Of a stretch of DNA of 12,375 nt, positions 8,384 through 12,375 are shown in pieces; positions within the stretch are counted from its first letter, which is position 1; every line of letters begins with the position of its first letter. The notes under the pieces are model-generated. The model was not told where the DNA came from. It saw nothing but the letters and a program-made list of their open reading frames with translations, and ran no database searches. The translations under genes were made by a program, and so were the position numbers. The stretch is taken from NCBI GenBank assembly GCA_003558085.1, contig PWMT01000160.1, positions 1 to 12,375 of the forward strand, read 5' to 3'. Source of the stretch: Methanobacteriaceae archaeon (GTDB lineage: Archaea > Methanobacteriota > Methanobacteria > Methanobacteriales > Methanobacteriaceae).

Positions 8384-9520
8384 TTAAAATGAATCTAGTG
8401 CCAGTGTAACTGATTGTGAGGAAGTACCAAAACCAGGGGCCACCATGCTATGCCTGCCTGGACCTCCGGCAACTATAACTATCACATCATTTAATTTACG
8501 GGTAAGGGGAACCATGTCTTTTTTAAACCATTTTTTATCTAGTTTACGACCACCCCGATCAGCTAAATTTACAGGGACCTGTGCATTTTCATGAATGTAT
8601 TTTTTAACATCCTTTTTTTCCCAGCCTTCATGGGCGATAGTATGTGCGTGCTCTGGACTCATAATCACCAGCAATTCTCCAGGAACATGGCTATTGTTAC
8701 ATCCAGGAGTGGAGGCAGTGTATATGATGGTATCCAGTAATTTTGTTGCTTCTTGACTTCGATGATCATTGACATTCAAAGGGGCTTCCACACCTAATAC
8801 TGTAACTGAGCTGGAAGAAGGAGAATTGCCTCGTTCAACATGTAACGGTTCCCATGGACTTTCATCCTCATTTTCAGCAAAACAATAAGTAAACTTAGCA
8901 GGCGAGCCTAATGTAGCGTGATCTTCTATTCCGGGAACAGCACCAGCAATATTAATTAAACAAAGACGAATAGCCCGACCTATAGTCGCATTAGCTAAAT
9001 TACCAGGACCTAAACACCCTGCTTTATAGTTAAAGTTCAATTTTTTGATCACCGGACCATTAATTATGGTAGCTACCGCTACTGGATGGGTAGTAGCATT
9101 TATCGCTGCTAAATTAAACTTTTCACTACTTAAAGCTATTATTGTTTTTTCTAAAATAGGCATAAACATAGGGAGACATCCAGCCATCACCGCGTTTATG
9201 GCAATTTTTTCTCTACTTGCTTTTCCTCTTAATGGCGGTAAAATGGCTAGCAATTCCTGGGGATCTCCTAGGCTATATTGATAAAATTTCTGCACACGTT
9301 TTTTAGTCGGAGGTATGATGGGCAATCCATCTGTAAATTTTTTCTGATAAAAATCTAAACTAATTTTCTCCACATCTGGATCTATTATTATTTCACCTTC
9401 ATCTTTTGAGGTTGAAATACTGTAATCATCTTTTAAATTTTTAAAGTCTTTATTTTGTTTTAAATCATCTTCAAGCATACAATCGCATGAATTTCTATTT
9501 TTTAAAAATTTATTTGACAT
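8384..9520 (-). CDS. Uncharacterised UGSC-associated protein, 378 aa
   Basis: Long ORF with RBS AGGGG (9530-9526). Motifs [50 protein letters not shown] and VAGGPG resemble the family I recall being adjacent or fused to UGSC (seleno)proteins. Confidence 0.75.
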   Translation of the reverse strand: MSNKFLKNRNSCDCMLEDDLKQNKDFKNLKDDYSISTSKDEGEIIIDPDVEKISLDFYQKKFTDGLPIIPPTKKRVQKFYQYSLGDPQELLAILPPLRGKASREKIAINAVMAGCLPMFMPILEKTIIALSSEKFNLAAINATTHPVAVATIINGPVIKKLNFNYKAGCLGPGNLANATIGRAIRLCLINIAGAVPGIEDHATLGSPAKFTYCFAENEDESPWEPLHVERGNSPSSSSVTVLGVEAPLNVNDHRSQEATKLLDTIIYTASTPGCNNSHVPGELLVIMSPEHAHTIAHEGWEKKDVKKYIHENAQVPVNLADRGGRKLDKKWFKKDMVPLTRKLNDVIVIVAGGPGRHSMVAPGFGTSSQSVTLALDSF

Positions 9521-9545
9521 ATTTTCCCCTTAAACACCAAATCAA

Positions 9546-10049
9546 TTAACTAATATTTAAGATGTTTTTTATTTTCGGAATAATAGAAAGGGTTTTATGT
9601 TCCACTTCCTCTTTTTTCAATCCAGCTAGAGGATGAGATATTTCTATTATTCTTAAATCTTTAAATCCATATCTTTGAGCTAATTTTCGGGCAAAGGAGC
9701 TAAATTTATCTGAACAAATAGATATGGTGGCTGTTCCTTTTTTTTCCAATCTTATAGCATCTAAAATAAGCCACGTAACACAAGAACCACAGTCTCCTAG
9801 TGCCAGTATTACTATATCGCCCTTATCAGCTGTTTTTAATTCCTGTTGACTGGCAGGAGCCCCTGCTGGTTTTTCAGATAATATAAATTCTATTCCATTT
9901 AAATGAGCATATATGGTTTGGATTATTATCTCTGCATTGGGTTTTGTATTGTTAAAAAAAGAAATTTTGTGGATGGGAGGAGCTATTTCATTGATCCCTA
10001 ATATATTAACTTTAGATTCAGCTAGAGGGTTCATCACTTTTCTCTCCAC
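9546..10049 (-). CDS. UGSC-family (seleno)protein homologue, Cys-containing (CGSC)
   Basis: NNTKPNA motif, ALGDCGSCVTW (CGSC at 9791-9780, both Cys encoded by TGT), DA..LEKKG and HPLAG. Start uncertain: ATA 10064, GTG 10049 or ATG 10034. Confidence 0.75.
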   Translation of the reverse strand: MERKVMNPLAESKVNILGINEIAPPIHKISFFNNTKPNAEIIIQTIYAHLNGIEFILSEKPAGAPASQQELKTADKGDIVILALGDCGSCVTWLILDAIRLEKKGTATISICSDKFSSFARKLAQRYGFKDLRIIEISHPLAGLKKEEVEHKTLSIIPKIKNILNIS

Positions 10050-10093
10050 TAAAGCGAATTTTATTTTATATCCCTCCTGGGCTACTTACAAGA

Positions 10094-11671
10094 TCAAGCT
10101 TCCCTTCTTAATCTTTTAATAACAAAATCTTTATCCAAAGACAGTAGAAATGATGCGGCTCTTGGTCCCATTTTTTTACCAATAACTATTTTATAAATTG
10201 CCTGGAAGGCCTTATTTGCCTTTAAATCATGTTTTCGCAGGATATTATACATTTCATCATGAAGTTCTTTTGGTTTTAAATCATCATTTTCTAATAAATT
10301 TGCCATATCATTTAAAAAAGCTTCCTGCTCAGGAGATAAAGTCACTGAAGGTAATTTTTCCTGCACTCGGAACTTAACAAAGGGCGGGGCATATTTTTCT
10401 AACCAATTTTGTACTTGTTGAACTCTCTTCTTCAACTGATTTTTTTGAGATGCATTTAAATTTTTGAATGCCTTATCCGCTATTTCTGGATCTAATTGGG
10501 AGTTTATTTTAAGTATATGATATACATCTTCTATATTATCACCTGCAATCTGATAAAGCACTGTAAGGAAACGATAAGATGGTCTAAAAGGTAATTCCTC
10601 TCTTTCTTTTATTTGAGACATTTCATATATTTTTTTTAATTTTTTTTCCTCTTTTCCTGAAGCAGCCTGTTCTTTTCCAAAGTAAATCTTTTCAACTCGA
10701 TCAAATTGGTCGATAAAGTCTAAAAAAGGCATTTCTGGATTGAAATCCTTATGTTTCATGGGTTTACTTATAAATAAAAAGTAATTGAGACTTTCAGGAG
10801 GACCAATTTCCAGCCACTGGGTGGGGGTGAAGAATACTCCTTTTGATTTACTCATAGCCTCTCCTTTGAGGGTGATCCATTCATATGGAACCGGGTAAGG
10901 TGCTCTGTAATCAAAAATTTCCTGGGATATGATGCTGCTAACATCATATGAGCCTCCACTGGCCGCATGGTCTTTTCCAAAAGGTTCGCAGGTTATACTA
11001 AAGATCTTCCATCTAGCAGCCCATTCCACTCTCCAGGTCAACTTTCCATTTCAAGATTTAATATCCATGTCACCCTTAAAACCGCACTGGCAAGTATAAT
11101 AAATTTTATCTCCATCATGTTCATAAGCATAAGTTGTATTCACCCGCCCACAATCATTACAGATTGGATTATAAGGAAGCCAATCCTCTTTAAGAGGATT
11201 TCTCCGGTATCTATTAAAAATTTCTCTAATCTTAGGGGCTTTTTCAAGCGATAATCTTATATAATCGTCGTATAGGCCATTTTTATACATTTCAGCCCCG
11301 GAATAAGTTTCCAATTCTATTCCAAAGTCCACTAGGGTATCTAAAAATGGTTTTTGAAAATGTTCTACAAAACTATCACAGCAGCCTTCTGGGCAGGGAA
11401 TTTGAGAATAAGGAACTCCTAAATACTTTTCATAACTTTTTGGAAGAGGATAGGGAACTTTACGTAGGGGGTCATGATCATCCGCAATCCAGATTATTTT
11501 AGATGATATTGCTTTATTTACAAGCGCTTTACTTACTGCATTAGCTATGAAAACGTCGCAAGAGTTTCCAATATGTATTGATCCTGATATGGATGTTCCA
11601 CTGGCTACTACATGTTTATCTACTTTCCATTCTTTTAATTCATCTGCTATTCTTTCAATCCAGTGTCTCAA
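10094..11671 (-). CDS. lysS: Class I lysyl-tRNA synthetase, one 525-codon frame interrupted by an in-frame TGA at 11053-11051 (sequencing error, pseudogene, split gene or readthrough)
   Basis: TTG start with RBS AGGTGAT (11682-11676); [13 protein letters not shown] (HIGH-type), [10 protein letters not shown] and Zn-type Cys motifs. The junction reads ATT AAA TCT TGA AAT GGA AAG TTG ACC TGG AGA (IKS*NGKLTWR) in the same frame. [14 protein letters not shown] (KMSKS-type) and C-terminal GPR follow. Confidence 0.93.
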
Positions 11672-11675
11672 TCAA

Positions 11676-11682
11676 ATCACCT
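11676..11682 (-). promoter_or_regulatory. Ribosome-binding site AGGTGAT of lysS
   Basis: Strong methanogen-type SD just upstream of the TTG start. Confidence 0.7.
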
Positions 11683-11797
11683 TAATATAATGGGCAAGAT
11701 TCTCTGAAAGGTCAATTTTAATCTGCTTCAATTTAATAACTTTATTTTTGCACGGTTAAGAAATCAATGTTTCTATTTTAACTAATATATATGGAAC

Positions 11798-11841
11798 TAC
11801 TAGAAATTCAAATTATTTATGTGATACTAGCAATTCAAATT
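11798..11841. repeat. 17-bp direct repeat TACTAG(A/C)AATTCAAATT, 2 copies, 27-bp period
   Basis: 11798-11814 and 11825-11841 are 16/17 identical, in the thiC-lysS intergenic region. Confidence 0.8.
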
Positions 11842-11957
11842 TTTAGAAAGCTACTTTAAAAATCCATTAACTGTCCATAGTATTCTAAAAATAGTTAAAA
11901 AAATAATATAATTATTTTTTTTTTCAAAAAGGGTAACTTTGAAGCCATAATTGTTTT

Positions 11958-11978
11958 AAAAAAATAAATAAAAATAAA
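11958..11978 (-). terminator. T-rich terminator after the thiC-family gene
   Basis: - strand TTTATTTTTATTTATTTTTTT starts about 10 nt after the TAA stop. Confidence 0.45.
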
Positions 11979-11988
11979 TGGTAATTTT

Positions 11989-12375
11989 TTAATCAAATGC
12001 ATCAATTTCAGCATTGTCTAACCATTCATTCACAATTTTAACCGCACAATATTCACCGCACATGGTGCAGGTATCAGGATCTTCTGGAGGTCTTTCATCC
12101 CTTTTTGATTGTGCCTCAGCCGGACAGAGAGCTGCTTCATATTGCGCATTCCAATTAAGATTTTTACGTGCATTAGCCATTATTAAATCTTTTTCACCAT
12201 TATGAACGCCTTTGGCCATGTCGCCTACATAAGCACCAATTCTGGTAGCAATAACTCCTTCTTTAACATCTTCAGGATAAGGGAGGGCTAAGTGTTCTGC
12301 AGGTGTCACATAACATATAAAATCAGCTCCAGATCCAGCAGAAGCAGCAGCACCAATGGATGAGACTATATGGTC
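11989..12375 (-). CDS. thiC: Phosphomethylpyrimidine synthase ThiC family radical SAM enzyme, 3' partial (5' end outside window)
   Basis: The frame is open to the edge: [48 protein letters not shown] (C-terminal Fe-S motif). The ORF track's GTG 12309 is internal. A Bza paralogue cannot be excluded. Confidence 0.88.
   Translation of the reverse strand, partial: DHIVSSIGAAASAGSGADFICYVTPAEHLALPYPEDVKEGVIATRIGAYVGDMAKGVHNGEKDLIMANARKNLNWNAQYEAALCPAEAQSKRDERPPEDPDTCTMCGEYCAVKIVNEWLDNAEIDAFD

Noticed and set aside
9780..9791. Selenoprotein call for the UGSC-family gene
   Set aside because: Both Cys codons are TGT, and there is no in-frame TGA in this gene.
11051..11053. Genome-wide TGA-to-Gly/Trp reassignment or selenocysteine at the lysS TGA
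   Set aside because: No other in-frame TGA interrupts the roughly 3,200 codons of the other genes, and lysS itself ends on TGA at the expected length. The position corresponds to Gly, not Cys, and the neighbouring UGSC gene uses TGT-Cys rather than TGA.
11039..11060. Programmed frameshift joining the two lysS ORFs
   Set aside because: Both ORFs are in the same frame, so no shift is required.
9045..11254. + strand ORFs 9045-9281, 9913-10119 and 10967-11254
   Set aside because: Antisense to well-supported - strand genes. Their hydrophobic look is expected from the reverse complement of Lys/Glu-rich AT-rich codons.
11798..11841. CRISPR remnant interpretation of the direct repeat
   Set aside because: Only two 17-bp copies with a 10-nt gap, far too short for repeat-spacer units, and no cas genes in the window.
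12014..12205. 63-aa + strand ORF
   Set aside because: Antisense shadow of the thiC-family gene.

Overview
AT-rich archaeal chromosomal segment, most consistent with a Methanobacteriales-type methanogen (inferred from PolD, class I LysRS, class III RNR, GGTGA ribosome-binding sites, TATA boxes and oligo-T terminators). + strand: DNA polymerase D large subunit (DP2, no intein), anaerobic ribonucleotide reductase NrdD with two ATP-cones, a phytoene-desaturase-like FAD oxidoreductase and a Fcy1-like Zn-dependent nucleobase deaminase. - strand, converging on these: the 3' part of a ThiC-family radical SAM gene, class I lysS, a UGSC-family protein (Cys version) and its uncharacterised partner. Main observations: (1) the two lysS 'ORFs' are one continuous 525-codon frame broken by a single in-frame TGA at a position that is normally Gly; (2) a perfect 16-bp palindrome TTTAGGTTAACCTAAA and a degenerate second copy flank a TATA box at the left edge and look like a DtxR/MntR-family metal operator for a divergent gene outside the window; (3) an uncharacterised UGSC two-gene redox module follows lysS, with a possible non-canonical ATA start. 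No CRISPR array, tRNA, rRNA or mobile element was recognised.
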